Shown piece after piece: positions 12,171-24,769 of a stretch of DNA of 64,000 bases. A model generated the notes under the pieces. That model had not been told where the DNA came from, searched no databases, and saw nothing but the letters and a program-made list of their open reading frames with translations. This DNA comes from Octopus sinensis (Eukaryota): contig NC_043006.1 of the NCBI RefSeq assembly GCF_006345805.1, positions 42,966,001 through 43,030,000 of the forward strand. Reading direction: 5' to 3'. Each line of letters starts with the position of its first letter. Position 1 is the first letter of the stretch. The position numbers were made by a program, and so were the translations under genes.

Positions 12171-13080
12171 ATTACGTGCAGCTTCTTGTGGAGGCAGAAA
12201 TGGCAACTACGAGCTCCAGGTGAGTAAGGATGCGCCCTATTCCTTGTAAGGTTAAGAGAGTTGTAACAATGGTCACGGAATCTCCAGATAAAGTAGGACA
12301 GGAAAATAGAGTATCCTCTGTCCCAGCTCTTGGCAGAGTTCATGCGTAGTGTGTATTTTCCTCTAACGCCATTGGCTATCATACTTGTGAAGTGTCTCAT
12401 AATGCTATCAGAAGAACTGAGAATAGCTCTACTGATCACAACCTTTGAGAAGCAGAATTCTCCTAATATACAGTTGATAGGATTTCGACAGTTACAGAAT
12501 GGAGCATGAGGTGAATATTGTGTAAGTGAGTGTTTGTGTCTGTTATAACACGCAATGTTAGAAGTAATATTCTGAGCTCGATTAGCTCACCTTGATATTA
12601 TGGAAATTAAAGACCCTACGATATATCAATGGGTTATTGGGAAATGTTTTTTTAATTATTGTCAGGAAGCTCCTAGCTATATGAGTAAAAACATTCATAT
12701 TTAATAGCAGACTAAACCAGATTATATTTCTCTTTCTAATTCTCCTCAGGTTTGGGGTGGAGTGGGAACATTCTATATATGCACTGACTCTTCAATAAAA
12801 CTATTCCCTGGTAGTACCTCGTGATAGCGGGTTCAACCCTATTGAAAATCTTTCTTTCCGCCGATGAATTAGAGATTCTTCTGCTGACATCTGTGACTAG
12901 GTTCATCAAATCTGTGGGATGTTTGGAGCGTTTATGTATGTAAACCGTTTCCTCGTTGGGATTTCTGCAAAGTTTGTCTTTCAGTAGGAGGAAGATCAAA
13001 CAAGTTCCCAGCTTTGTTTATCGGAACTTTATGGTTTGTACTGTACGAAGTTTTTCCAAATAACAGCTTAAGCAAACATA
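12170..13080 (-). pseudogene. Decayed PLE: RT thumb, linker and GIY-YIG
   Basis: Minus-strand RNPNEETVYIHKRSKHP..LVTDVSRRISNSS (compare RKPNEKLSYISKDSNHP..LVSNIGRRISSIS), KHFPNNPLIYRRVFNFHNIKVS, and RAHPYSPGARSCHFCLHKKLHVI. Confidence 0.8.
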
Positions 13081-14367
13081 TAAAATTAAATAAAAAAAAG
13101 AAGAAATATAGCTACAATCAAGAACAGGAACCATGCCACTGGTGAGGTTTGCACAAATTTCAGCTTATGATATTTTATGATTTCCCATAACATAAGTATT
13201 AAGTTTAAATTTTGCGAACGACAAACGTTACTTAACCCAATGTTCATTTAGTTACAGAAAAGTAGGACTAGCAACGAAAAGCTTTTGCAATCATTATCAG
13301 AAAGTATTTCATCTGGTTTAAATGTGCCATTATCGAAAATTATAGTAACGAAATGGTCTGGTGTCTAAGGTATGGAATTTCCAACTTATGGGGGGTTATT
13401 TCGTGAGGGATGACTGGGGGGTGGATTTTTGTATAGGCAAACACTTGATTCTATATATTTTTCAGTTCATCTAACTGTAGCGGATAGTAATTAAGTTTTA
13501 TTTATTTGTTGTTGTTGAAATTTCCTTGTATTGAACAAGCATTCACCCAAGAGGGTATATTTATCTCCCTCATTTGTTTAATGCTGCAAAACGAGAGATA
13601 AACATCAGCTCCGTTGGATCCCTGTGATTCATGAAATAATTAACAAACTTTAACAATCCATGCCCTTACATTGAAGAAAATCAGGCACGGGTTTTGTTGT
13701 GAAGTAGTTTCTATCGACTCTGAATGTCATCGGCGAGTGATTGAAAGGCCGAATGAATCATTCATTGGCACGCATGAGTCTATCTCGTCTGTTGGGTTTC
13801 ATTGCAGCAGATGAATTCAACGATTGGATTCACTCTTCCGAAATATTACAACAAAATCATTCCCATGAAATATCGAGAATTAGTATTTATTAGAACAAAA
13901 CAAAATAGAAATGAAAAGGAAATATAAAAAGAAATAACAAAAGATAAACAAAACGGCAAACAATACAAAGGGAAAAAAATGAAATAATATAAACATGACA
14001 GTAAAGAAAATATGATGAAAACGGCAAAGAAAAAAGAGACAATTTCATTTCCCTGTAATTTGAAACGAGAAAACTATTAATAATTTGCGTCAACTTTATT
14101 TAAAAAAGGGAAGAAAAAATACTGAATCAAAACATTAAGGGTGGTGTTTTCAAAAGATATTTTAAATTATCTCGGCAATGCCATTCCCAAATATGTCATT
14201 TCATGGATCATCTAACGAGAACGCCATCACTGAAATAATGGAAAGTGAGATAACAAAACACACAGGAAAAAAAAATGTTTAAAAATATAAAACGTTGAAG
14301 GGAATTAAACGATTAAATACAGAAAGAAGGGGGAATAGAGGGAGGAAGAGAAAGGGCGAGAGCGAAC

Positions 14368-14435
<68 letters not shown>

Positions 14436-15129
14436 ATGAAATTAAAAGAAAATAGTGTCAGGAAGAAACTCCATTGTATTATTTGAGTGGATACAATCAA
14501 ATGATGAAAGAACACTTGAATCAGATGTGAGACATACTAAATTGATGTTGTTATTGATGAACAAAAGAGAAGAAAAGGAGATATTGAAGGGGGAAATTTG
14601 AAGGAGAGAAAGGGAGAGTGAAAAAGAGAGAGAGAAACGGTAAAACAGGGATAAGAAGAGAGACTGGAAGGTATGAGCGTAAAAATAGATAGGCAGACAA
14701 TAGAGAAAGAAAGAAAGAGTGGAAAACAAAGGGAGAAATAGAATGAAAAATGAGAAGATATTGAGAACGTGAGAAGGAGAGAGAGAGAGAGAAAGTAAGA
14801 AAGAATTGGAGTTATAGAGAGGAAAGAATAAGAGTAGAAAGAAAGAGAAAAAGAGAAAAAGATGAGAGGAAAGGAAAAAATTTCGAGAGAGAAAACCAGA
14901 GCGAGCGATGGGTATGGAAGAGAAAGGTGGGGAAGGAAAAAATAACGTTGAAACTGAAATAATCATTTTGATTAGAAAATATCATAGAAGCATGGAGAGA
15001 AAAATCTGACGTGTGTGCGTGTGTGTGTGCGTGCGTGTATGTGTGCGTGACAGGGATGCGTGTGAGTGCGATTGTGGTCGTCTGCGCGAATTTTTTTTTT
15101 TTCATGTTTTGGTGTTAGTGTGTGTGTTT

Positions 15130-15490
15130 CTTTTATTTCTTCTACTTGTTTTAACCAGACTGCGGCCATACTGGAGCACCGCCTTGCAGCAGTAGCAGCA
15201 ACAGACGAAGAAGAAGAAGAAGAAGAAGAAGCTTAGTCAGACGAATCAACCCCAGAACGTATTTATTTTTTAAGTCTGGCACTTATTCTATCGGTATTTT
15301 TTGCCGAACCGCTAGGTCATGAGGACGTAAACACACCAACACTGGTTTTCATTTGGTGATGGAGACAAACACACGCATATACTCATATACAATGGGCTTC
15401 TACACAGTTTCCCCTCTACCAAATCCATTCGCAAGACTTTGGTCGAACCGAGGCTATAACAGAAGACACTTGCCCACGATACCATGCAGT
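15130..15490 (-). mobile_element. SINE family 1, diverged
   Basis: ACTGCGGCCATACTGGAGCACCGCC tail and GAGGCTATAACAGAAGACACTTGCCC body. Confidence 0.75.
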
Positions 15491-15534
15491 GTTTATGGTT
15501 ATTTATGTATTAATTCGTTTCGTGCTAGCATATA

Positions 15535-15855
15535 CATAAAACTGGTACTCCGTCGCTTACGACAATGGGGGTTCTATTTGATCTGATCAACGAAACAACT
15601 TGCTCGTGAGTTTAACGTGCAAAGTGGCTGAGCAGCGTGAAATAAAGTGCCTTGTTCAAGGATGCACTCCACAGACACGTGTACCCCTTCACATATTTCT
15701 CAGGAAGATTCGGTGTGACACAGAGTGTGACAAGGCTGGGCCCTCTGAAATACAGGTACTACTCTTTTTTTGCCAGCTGAGTTGACTGGAGCAACGTAAA
15801 ATAAAGTGTCTTGCTCAAGGACCCAACGCGCCGCCGGAAATCGAACTCGCGACCC
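15535..15855 (-). mobile_element. tRNA-headed SINE, family 3
   Basis: Minus strand GGTCGCGAGTTCGATTTCC (B box), then GTCCTTGAGCAAGACACTTTA..TTGCTCCAGTCAACTCAGCTGG; a second copy lies at 58645-58800. Confidence 0.7.
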
Positions 15856-16329
15856 TACATACAAATCTGCACATACATACACACATACATACATACACAC
15901 ACACACATACATACATACATACTACATACATACATACATACATGCATACATACATACATACATACATACATTACATACATACATACATACATACACGCAC
16001 TCATACATACATGCGTACATACATACACGCATACATGCATACATACATACATATATACATACAAACAAACAAAATACCCTGTTGTTGATGTAGAAATTCC
16101 AATAAAGGAACCTTAGATCTAGGTTAGAAACCGATTCTTTCTCTATTGGCAAGAAATCTTGAAAAACTGAATAATGACATACATACATACATACATACAT
16201 ACATACATACATACATACATACATACATACATACATACATACATACATACATACATACATACATAGAGGTTAGCTGCCCTGCAGATATAAATATCTCTTT
16301 GAAAATCAAAGAGAGAGAGAGAGGGGATA

Positions 16330-16620
16330 TCTATGGATAACTGCTTCGAAACCTCTAGCTTCTATATCCAGACTATGAATTCATATTTATACTAGGTTTT
16401 GTTAGTAAATGCTTAAAGGAGAATCTGGATAAACTGGGATTTTCAGAAAGAGAAATTGACCGGCTGATTCAATCTGTGAGTGGAACAGTAGAAATATGCA
16501 AGGCTTTTTTCAAGTTCAAAGTGTGAATTTGTCTGTGTTAACTACATCCTAACGATGGAGCCTTGTATCTTTGTTGGAAACCAGCTCCCTCCTCTGTGGA
16601 AGATTTATAATAATTAAAAA
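16330..16620 (+). mobile_element. 3' end of a non-LTR retrotransposon, probably R4/Dong-like
   Basis: Reads LGF.VSKCLKENLDKLGFSEREIDRLIQSVSGTVEICKAFFKFKV*, resembling the C-terminus after the restriction-like endonuclease in R4/Dong elements; short 3' UTR. Clade is by recall only. Confidence 0.5.
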
Positions 16621-16819
16621 ATAGAAGAGACATACATATGCATTTGTGTGTGTGTATGTGTGTTTGTGTGTAACCCTATTTGGTAGGTTTCCATATTAAA
16701 TCCTTTCTCCTGAAAACTCTGACCAATCTACTAGGATTAGCGACATTGATGTTAGAATATCCACCAATACTGGGAAGTTACTTTATATCATTTTGATTCC
16801 TACAGAGCAAACGAAAGGG

Positions 16820-17420
16820 TGGCCCATAGTTCGTTATGTCTATGGGGATCTAAGACGGAGCTGGGGTTGCAGGCTTTGTTGTATTATATATGGGCACTCT
16901 CAAGAAGCGTACATTTCTCACCTGTACAACTCATGTTGGTATTGAGACAGCAAGTAATATGAACGGTCACGCTTTGGATAGATTTAGGAAGAACTTAATA
17001 TGATCCTATCCTCACCGAACCTCATTCAAATTCTTATACATTGCGTTAGACCTAAAAATAGTGAGATGGAAAACCTAATGAGGAGACTGTATATATTTTA
17101 ACCACTTCAGGGAACTATAACTAGCGACTTAGTATCAGTTATAGTAGAAAAATTTCCAGTTTAGCCCCATATAGAGATATCTTTGACACTAAAAGACATT
17201 AACGAGGAGTGGTTTTAAAGAAAGGCTGGTGAACTTGAAGGATTCCCTACTGCAGATGAAAACTAGGAAGCAATAAATATCCACAAAATTTATACCTTAA
17301 TTGGGCAACCATTCCCAAACATACATAAATGCCACAACTTTTTTAATGTGCATAATGTGAAGATTAGTTACTCTTGTCTAGACAGCATCATTTCCAATAT
17401 TGCATACTATAATGTACATC
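16820..17420 (+). pseudogene. Decayed PLE RT fragment
   Basis: MGS*DGAGVAGFVVLY (compare MGSYDGAEV..LVGLY), IETASNMNGHALDRFRKNLI (compare IATHNLNGHESDRLRKDLI at 27260), KPNEETVYI, FFNVHNVKISYSCLD; multiple frameshifts. Confidence 0.75.
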
Positions 17421-18699
17421 TTACTACAGGGTTCCCTTATTAACCTATTGCATTATAATCGCATCAATTTCGGTACCTAAAACAGAATCATAAGCTCTTG
17501 TGGCGCCGGTAACTTTGGAGAGAAATGCTACATGAGAACGATGAAGTAAAGTCAAAATGACAACAAAGGATACGAAGAAGTGTTGCAAACAATGCGTAGG
17601 ACAGTGTATTTATGTATAGTATCCAGAGACAAAACAAACGAAAACAAGAAGCAATTTTCATATATTTTTCATTTCTTTTGCGAAGTCCTATCTCTTGACA
17701 TTAAACATACACACTGTTATGCCTTTTGTGACTCGATTCTTCGTATACTTTGTCGTTGTTTTGGCTTTACTGAATTATTCACTCGTAGCATTTTCCTTGA
17801 AAAGCTACTAAAATTACTTGCTAGTGACAGCGACCTCTAGAGACAGCTGATGAAGGAAGAGCCGGTTTTACGTTTTCCTGTATTCAATATATTTTCGTTG
17901 TCCTCTCCGTTCATAGTTTATTCATTTTCAGGTCTAATGCTTATCAAACTTTTATATAACACATTCACTTTTACGCCCATTTATCCATGCTGGCATCGGT
18001 TTAACGAATGTATTGTTCAGGCTTTCTTTTACAGTCGGATGTGCGAAGCAAGCAGACAATCTTTTCACAAGAGTAATGACAGCAATAATACCACTCCTAG
18101 TTGAAGATTATTTGTTGAGCGCAAATGTAAACAAACATTCAGACGCTATATACACATACACACGCACACACATATAAACGCACAAAATGTGTAAAATACA
18201 CTGGACTATGAATGATGTCATCGGATCTTTGGACATGTGTTTCAACGTCATTGCATGTAGTCAGCGGCGAATAGCGAATTCGTCATTTATAACCATAAAA
18301 GAACACAAATATACACAAACCACAGAACAGAGAGCCAGTTCAAAACACCATTTCTCCGGCGATTTCCTGAAGAATGGTTCCTGACCCTTGAATATTGAAA
18401 TACAAGTTAAAAGTACAAACCATCGACTTGTATTATTATAACTTGTATTGTTTTGACTTAGATAAAATTATATATGATCGTAAGATTGTGATTTCGATTC
18501 TGGGACCGGGCAACGCGTTTTGCTTTTGAGCAAAAGACTTCATTTCATCTCACCCTAGTCCAATGAGATGGTAAAAAGTGGGTAACCCTCTGATGGAATA
18601 CATATATTCCTTCATGTAGGAATATATATACGTCAGAGAAACTAGGAAACCAATCTATGTCCCCTACGGAGTAATATGAACTAAACACAAACATACACA

Positions 18700-18870
18700 C
18701 GCACACACATATATATGGTTGTAGTGTAAAAAGCTTCCTTCTCAACCATATGGTTCTAGGTTCAGTCCCACTGCATGGTACCTTGGGCAAGTGTCTTCCA
18801 CTATAGCCTCGGGCTGGGCAAAGCCTTGTGACTGGGTTTGATAGAGGGAAACTGAAAGAAGCCCATCGTA
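18700..18870 (+). mobile_element. SINE family 1, 5' half
   Basis: GGTTCAGTCCCACTGCATGGTACCTTGGGCAAGTGTCTTCCACTATAGCC...GAAACTGAAAGAAGCCC. Confidence 0.8.
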
Positions 18871-19446
18871 TGTGTATATATGTGTGTGTGCATGTGCGTG
18901 TGTGTGTGCATATATTATATATATATATATGTATGATATATACGAGTGAGTGGACAAACGAAGGAAGGGCACTCTACACATTTATTGGGAGTTACATGTA
19001 AGGATTAAAGCAGTTTGATTTAAATTCTGTGGAGGGGCTTGGATATTCCTCGGCGAGTACTGTAGTGGTTATCTCTCCATTGCAAACTGTTGGTCATGAG
19101 AGTAGCTACTTATGCTTTAGTAGAGAGGGTGAGGGTGACTGGGGGAGATGTGAGGAGAAGATAAACGTAATTGTACGGAGGTATCTGTGTAGACTATCAA
19201 GGTACAAGATGAGTGGAAGTAAATGGGGGCAAAGGCTGGGATACGGAAAGGTGGAGAATGAATGTGTGAGGCAGGGACAAAATGAATAAAGAAAAAGTAT
19301 TGAGAGAATGATATGTAGGGGAGGTAGGGTAGAGTAGGTGACAACTGTAAGGACTGGAGAGAGTCTGAGTGGCAGATGTAAAGAATTGCAGACAAGGGTG
19401 GGGATTGTCAATGATGTTTGGGAGTGAAGTGTAGCAGAATAGTAAC

Positions 19447-19682
19447 GATGGGCGAGCTGGCAGAAATGTTAGCACGCCGGGCGAAATGCTTAGAGGTATT
19501 TCCTCTGCCATTACATTCTGAGTTCAAATTCCGCCGAGGTCGACGTTGCCTTTCATTCTTTCGGGGTCAATAAATTAAGTACTAGTTACGCACTGGGGTC
19601 GACATAATTGACTTAATCCGTTTGTCTGTCCTTGTTTGTCTTCTCTGTGTTTAGCCCCTTGCGGGTAGTAAAGAAATAAGAA
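19447..19682 (+). mobile_element. tRNA-headed SINE, family 2, full length
   Basis: GGCGAGCTGGCAGAAATGTTAGCACGCCGGGCG head, GAGTTCAAATTCC B box, GAGGTCGAC..CTTTCGGGGTC..ATAAATTAAGTAC body. Confidence 0.85.
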
Positions 19683-20141
19683 TAGTAATGACAGGACAGT
19701 AGACAAGGGACAGATGAGTGAGAAAGAGATATGACAAGTAGTTGAGTAGAATAACGTAGCCAGGTACTGAATTTAGGGGAAGCAAACACATAAAGAAAGG
19801 CACTGTGACTCTTATATAATTTTAAACTCATTTCTCTTATATTACGTGAAATATTTCATTAGGTATAACATGTGATATTGTATTCTACATTAATTAATTT
19901 TGTTTCAATAACAATGCCATTATGTATGGAACTTACAATTATTGATACAGGGGAGATATGAAAATGATGAAACTCCACAGGATCGTCCAGTGTTAAGGGG
20001 TTATGATGCCAGGGTTTGTTTTTGGTTCTTTAGATGTCAGCGGCTACCAAAACATCACAGGAGATTGAGCAGATCCTTCGACCGCGAGTTCGCTGCCCGA
20101 ACCACTGAGCCATTGCGCCTCCACTATATAAACATATATAT

Positions 20142-20175
<34 letters not shown>

Positions 20176-20176
<1 letters not shown>

Positions 20177-20822
20177 CATCATCATCATCATCATCATTTA
20201 GCGTCCGCTTTCCATGCTAGCATGGGTTGGACGGTTCAACTGGGGTCTGTGAAGCCAGAAGGCTGCATCAGGCCCAGTCTGATCTGGCAGTGTTTCTACG
20301 GCTGGATACCCTTCCTAACGCCAACCACTCCGTGAGTGTAGTGGGTGATTTTTACGTGCCACCCGCACAGGAGCCAGACGGAGCTGGCAAACGGCCACGG
20401 ACGGATGGTGCTTTTTACGTACCACCGGCACGGGGGCCAGGCGAGACTGGCAACGGCCACAATCGGATGGTGCTTTTTTACGTGCCACAGGCACGGGGGC
20501 CAGGCGAGGCTGGCAACAGCCATAAATGGATGGTGCTTTTACGTGCCACCGGCACGGAGGCCAGGCGAGGCTGGCAACGGCCACGAACGGATGGTGCTAC
20601 GTGTCACCGGCATGGGGGCCAAGCGAGGCTGGCAACGGACACGAACGGATGTTGCTTTTGCGTGCCACCGGCACGGAGGCCAGTCGGGGCGGCACTGGCA
20701 ACGGCCACGATCGGATGGTTCGCTTACTTGTCACCGGCACTGGTACCACAGCTGCAATTTCCATTGATGTTGATCGACTTCGATTTGGTTCTACTTTCTG
20801 ATATCTGATTTGATTTGTTGAT
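20176..20822 (-). mobile_element. RTE LINE 3'-end fragment with about 6 minisatellite units
   Basis: Reverse complement of 49575-50373, including the (ATC)n tail and ~61-bp tandem units; bounded by (TA)n on both sides. Confidence 0.9.
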
Positions 20823-20926
20823 TTGATTTTATTTATATATATATATATATATTATATATATATATATATATATGTAATATATATATATAATATTATAGTA
20901 TACATGTGTATATATGTATATATATA

Positions 20927-21006
<80 letters not shown>

Positions 21007-22398
21007 GTATGTATTTATATATATAATATATATAAATATACATAGGTATAATAGATAGATTGAAACATATACACGTGCATACATACACACACACACACAC
21101 ACATACACACACAAACACACACAAGTATAGACATTATATCTTAAATATACATACTTGCAAATGAGTATGAGGTTCTTGCAGTACAACATAGTTCTACTGC
21201 TGCTACTAGCAATTAATAAAATAGATAAATTGAAAATATATAAATAAATCGAGAGAAAGAAAGAGACTTGATGTTATAATATCAGACATTTCAATGAGAA
21301 ACGAAAGATTCCTTGATAACAGTTTCTGTAACCAGAGCAGAAGTTTGGAAACTAATTTGTTATGAATTTAATTTAATTTATGCACCAACGTACTGCTATG
21401 GAAGAATAAATTTGGTTGAGAAATCTTTGTGAAATATTTCGAAGATTCAAGCACTGGTAATGAATATTTAAGAAAAAAACGTGTCATAATGATAACGATG
21501 AATGAGGAACGAACTAGAGAGCTATTGAAGAAGAAGGGAAATCTTACATTTTGGAATTACACAGTTCACATATAAACATTGTCACAGTTAGAAACAAAAA
21601 TTTGCTGATAGCATTTACACAGGAAATTTCTTTCAAATAAATCATTTCCAGGAACCATTTTATTTTTAGATTTTTTTTAGATTTTTTATGTTGAATATTT
21701 TAGATTTTTTTTTTTTAATTTTTTTTGTTGTTTTTAGTTAGAATTTTTGTTCTTTTCATATTCTTTTATGTATGTATAATATTTCTTTATTTTTGAAAAA
21801 GAAATTAAGAATTTATTTGAGGAAAATATCTTCTGCTCTCATTTTTGATTATTATTTGTATTTTTGTATGTTGTATCTTTCTTTCTTTTTTTATCAGTCT
21901 TGTTTCAATTGTGTGCGTGTGTGTGTGTAAGGATGCATATCTGTATGTGTATATGTGTTTGCGTTGTGTGTGTATGGGGAAGGTGGAGTTACATTTGTGT
22001 GTCTGAGTTGAATATGGTTGGGTTATAATAACAATTATTGAAATTATAGAAATAACTTTGAATACTTTAATTTTGATACTACATGATGGAAGAATCATGT
22101 TTTAAAGAGGATAAATGTCATGGTTCTTTGACTGCATGAAATACACAACTGTGTCTATGCATGTAGATACACATGTGCGCACACACACAGGCACAAGCAA
22201 ATATGTACACACACACACACTTATATAACATGTATATGTGTATGTGTATAGATATGTGTGTTTACATATATGTTTGTGTGTGTGTATATATATATATATA
22301 TACACTCACATATATATGTATACAAATACATACATGTATATATGTGTATATATACACTTTTATATATATGTATATTTACAAATACATACATATATAGA

Positions 22399-22446
<48 letters not shown>

Positions 22447-22972
22447 TACATGCAAACATTTAGATATATCATATGTGTATATGCGTGTATGTATATGTAT
22501 ATGCATGTATGTATATAATACTCAAGTGTACATATATGCTTCAAAGGTAGTGTGAGAATGAGTTCTTACTGTTCAATGTAAGTATATATATATATATATA
22601 TATATGGGTGTGTGTGTATGAGAGAGAGAGAGAAAGAGATACAAAAAGGTATATATATACATATATATGTATATGTATGCATATTTATATATATTTATGT
22701 ACATGTAAATATAAATGTGTATACATGTATATAAATGTATGTACATAACTATGTATATATGTATAGAGAGAAAGAAAGAGTGAGAAAAAGACATAGATTT
22801 ATATCTATGTGTGTATGCATGCATGTATATGTGTGCTTGTATGCATGCATATGTGCATGTATAAATATATGTGTGTCTGTATGTATGTATACTTGTATGT
22901 TTGAACGTATATATATATATATATATATAAAAGCATATATGTATGCATGTATGTATGTTCATACAAATGTAT

Positions 22973-23032
22973 GACTAGCTCCTGAGGAGGGTTATGATTG
23001 GAACTTGAAACGGTTGATTCAATCAGAGAGTC
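22973..23032 (+). ncRNA. Degenerate Type I hammerhead relic
   Basis: GACU(AG)CUC CUGAGGA GGGUU-AUGAUUGG-AACUU GAAA C GGUUG-AUU-CAAUC A GAGAGUC: all three stems and both core boxes are present, but the NUH triplet is missing. Confidence 0.5.
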
Positions 23033-23542
23033 AGTATTGAAATAAAAATAATTACACTCTCTGTTAATATATTCAGTGACTACTTTATTGAATAGTGAAT
23101 TCTTAGTTATACAACTAAGATAACCGTGTATGTATGTGAGTTAGCAAGTGACAGAACATACAAGTATATCTCTCTATATGTCTATGCACACATATGAATA
23201 TTTAAATGCATATAACATACATTCAAAATTTTCCCACAAAAGCCCATATACAGCCCAAAAATAATTAAAGATGGTAGATTGGCTGAATTGTTAAAGCTCT
23301 GGACAAAAATGTCTTCCAGACATTTCCACTCTGAGTTCAAATCTCACTGACATCCAACTTCATATTTCTATAGGTGCAGGAGTGGCTGTGTGGTAAGTAG
23401 CTTGCTTACCAGCCACATGGTTCCAGGTTCAGTCCCACTGTGTGACACATTGGGAAAGCATCTTCTACTATAGCCTCAGGCCGACCAAAGGACGTGGTAC
23501 ATGTAAAGTATTAGCAGACACTCAGGGAAGGAAAGAAAGGTG

Positions 23543-23577
23543 GTTCAACATTTCAAGCAAAGCTCTTCTTCAGAAAC
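23543..23577 (-). ncRNA. Degenerate minimal hammerhead (PLE pseudo-LTR relic)
   Basis: Minus strand GUUU CUGAAGA A GAGC UUU GCUU GAAA UGUU GAAC; same architecture as 5150-5185, with the ACGU palindrome decayed to AUGU. Confidence 0.55.
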
Positions 23578-23726
23578 AGAGGAACATCCAATAGAAAAGG
23601 AAGGCGGAGGAAAAAAATTGCCGATTCACAAGTGGTTACATATATATATATAATATATATATAATATATATATTCATATGTATATATATATGTGTATATA
23701 TACATGTATGTCTATATATATGTGTG

Positions 23727-23778
<52 letters not shown>

Positions 23779-23907
23779 TATGTATATATATATTTATATA
23801 TATATATACATATGTATACATGGTGTGGTTGGCGTTAGGAAGGGCATCCAGCTGTGGAAACACTGCCAGATCAGACTAGAGCTTGGTGCAGCCTCCTGGC
23901 TTGCCAG

Positions 23908-24308
23908 AATGGTTATTTACGAACGCGTTTCTAGATTAGGAATATAAACTCTATGTCTTTCATCACTGTAAACCTCCACTAAAATAGATTCATCAAATGC
24001 TACATACCTCCACTTCTCGATCAGGCGACATCGAAATAGTGGAAGAAAGCAAGCATAGGTCAAACCTATATAGACAATTGAATCCGCAATTTTCCCTCCA
24101 AAATTTTACCACGTGTATTACAAAAATAGTTCCTTAGAGATAGAACTATGGGTTGTCATAAGGGAGTGAAAAATTTCAATTAGTAATATAATAAGAGTAA
24201 ATAACAGCTTTAATGGTTTTTAAAAAGAAAACCAACAATTATTTACGGGTAGATTTCGGCATGTAAATATATATTCCTAATCTAGAAACGCGTTCGTAAA
24301 TAACCATT
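23908..24308. mobile_element. Non-autonomous DNA transposon with ~40-bp TIRs
   Basis: AATGGTTATTTACGAACGCGTTTCTAGATTAGGGAATATA at the left is the near-exact reverse complement of TATATTCCTAATCTAGAAACGCGTTCGTAAATAACCATT at the right; it truncates an RTE 3' fragment (23820-23907). Confidence 0.8.
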
Positions 24309-24345
24309 AGACTTTGCTTTCGTTATTTCTTCCTTCTGTTTTACA

Positions 24346-24622
24346 TATGTGAATTACAGGGATATGTCGTATGTGGAGTCTCATTTGTAGAAAATAGAAA
24401 TAAACAGTCTTTGACTACTATTTCTAATTTTTCGGTATGTGGCTTAGCAACCTGTTGCCTGCCTCTTTTATTTATATACAAAAATATACATATAAATAAA
24501 AAGGGGCGAGCAACAGGTTGCTTAGCCACATACCGAAAAATCAGAAATAGCAGTCAAAGACTGTTTATTTCTATTTTCCACAAATATGACTCCACATACA
24601 ACATATCCATGTAATTCGCATA
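24346..24622. mobile_element. Foldback MITE (~130-bp arms, ~12-bp loop, TA flanks)
   Basis: TTTTTCGGTATGTGGCTTAGCAACCTGTTGC..TTTTATTTATAT pairs with ATATAAATAAAAA..GCAACAGGTTGCTTAGCCACATACCGAAAAA; arms continue to TA-TGTGAATTAC / GTAATTCGCA-TA. Confidence 0.85.
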
Positions 24623-24769
24623 CATAAGACAGAAGGAAAAAATACCAAAAACATAGTCTATATATATATATGCATATATATATGTGTGTGTGTGTATATA
24701 TATATATATGTATATATGTATATTTAGATGTAGATATATATATACATATACATGCATATTATTTTCTTT

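Noticed and set aside
11406-12206. Long ORF-track entries rich in YI/HT/CV/LS dipeptides (here and throughout)
   Set aside because: Translations of TA, CA, TACA and TAGA microsatellites, which lack stops in some frames.
17846-17885. CTGATGAAGG hammerhead-like start downstream of a PLE relic (similar weak case at 2332-2365)
   Set aside because: GAAA box absent or broken and stems unconvincing.
19447-19535. tRNA-like A/B boxes suggesting tRNA genes
   Set aside because: They head multi-copy SINEs and no complete cloverleaf is evident.
20227-20808. 193-aa and overlapping ORFs (also 40994-41374, 49745-50338)
   Set aside because: Antisense or off-frame readings of the GC-rich RTE 3' UTR minisatellite.
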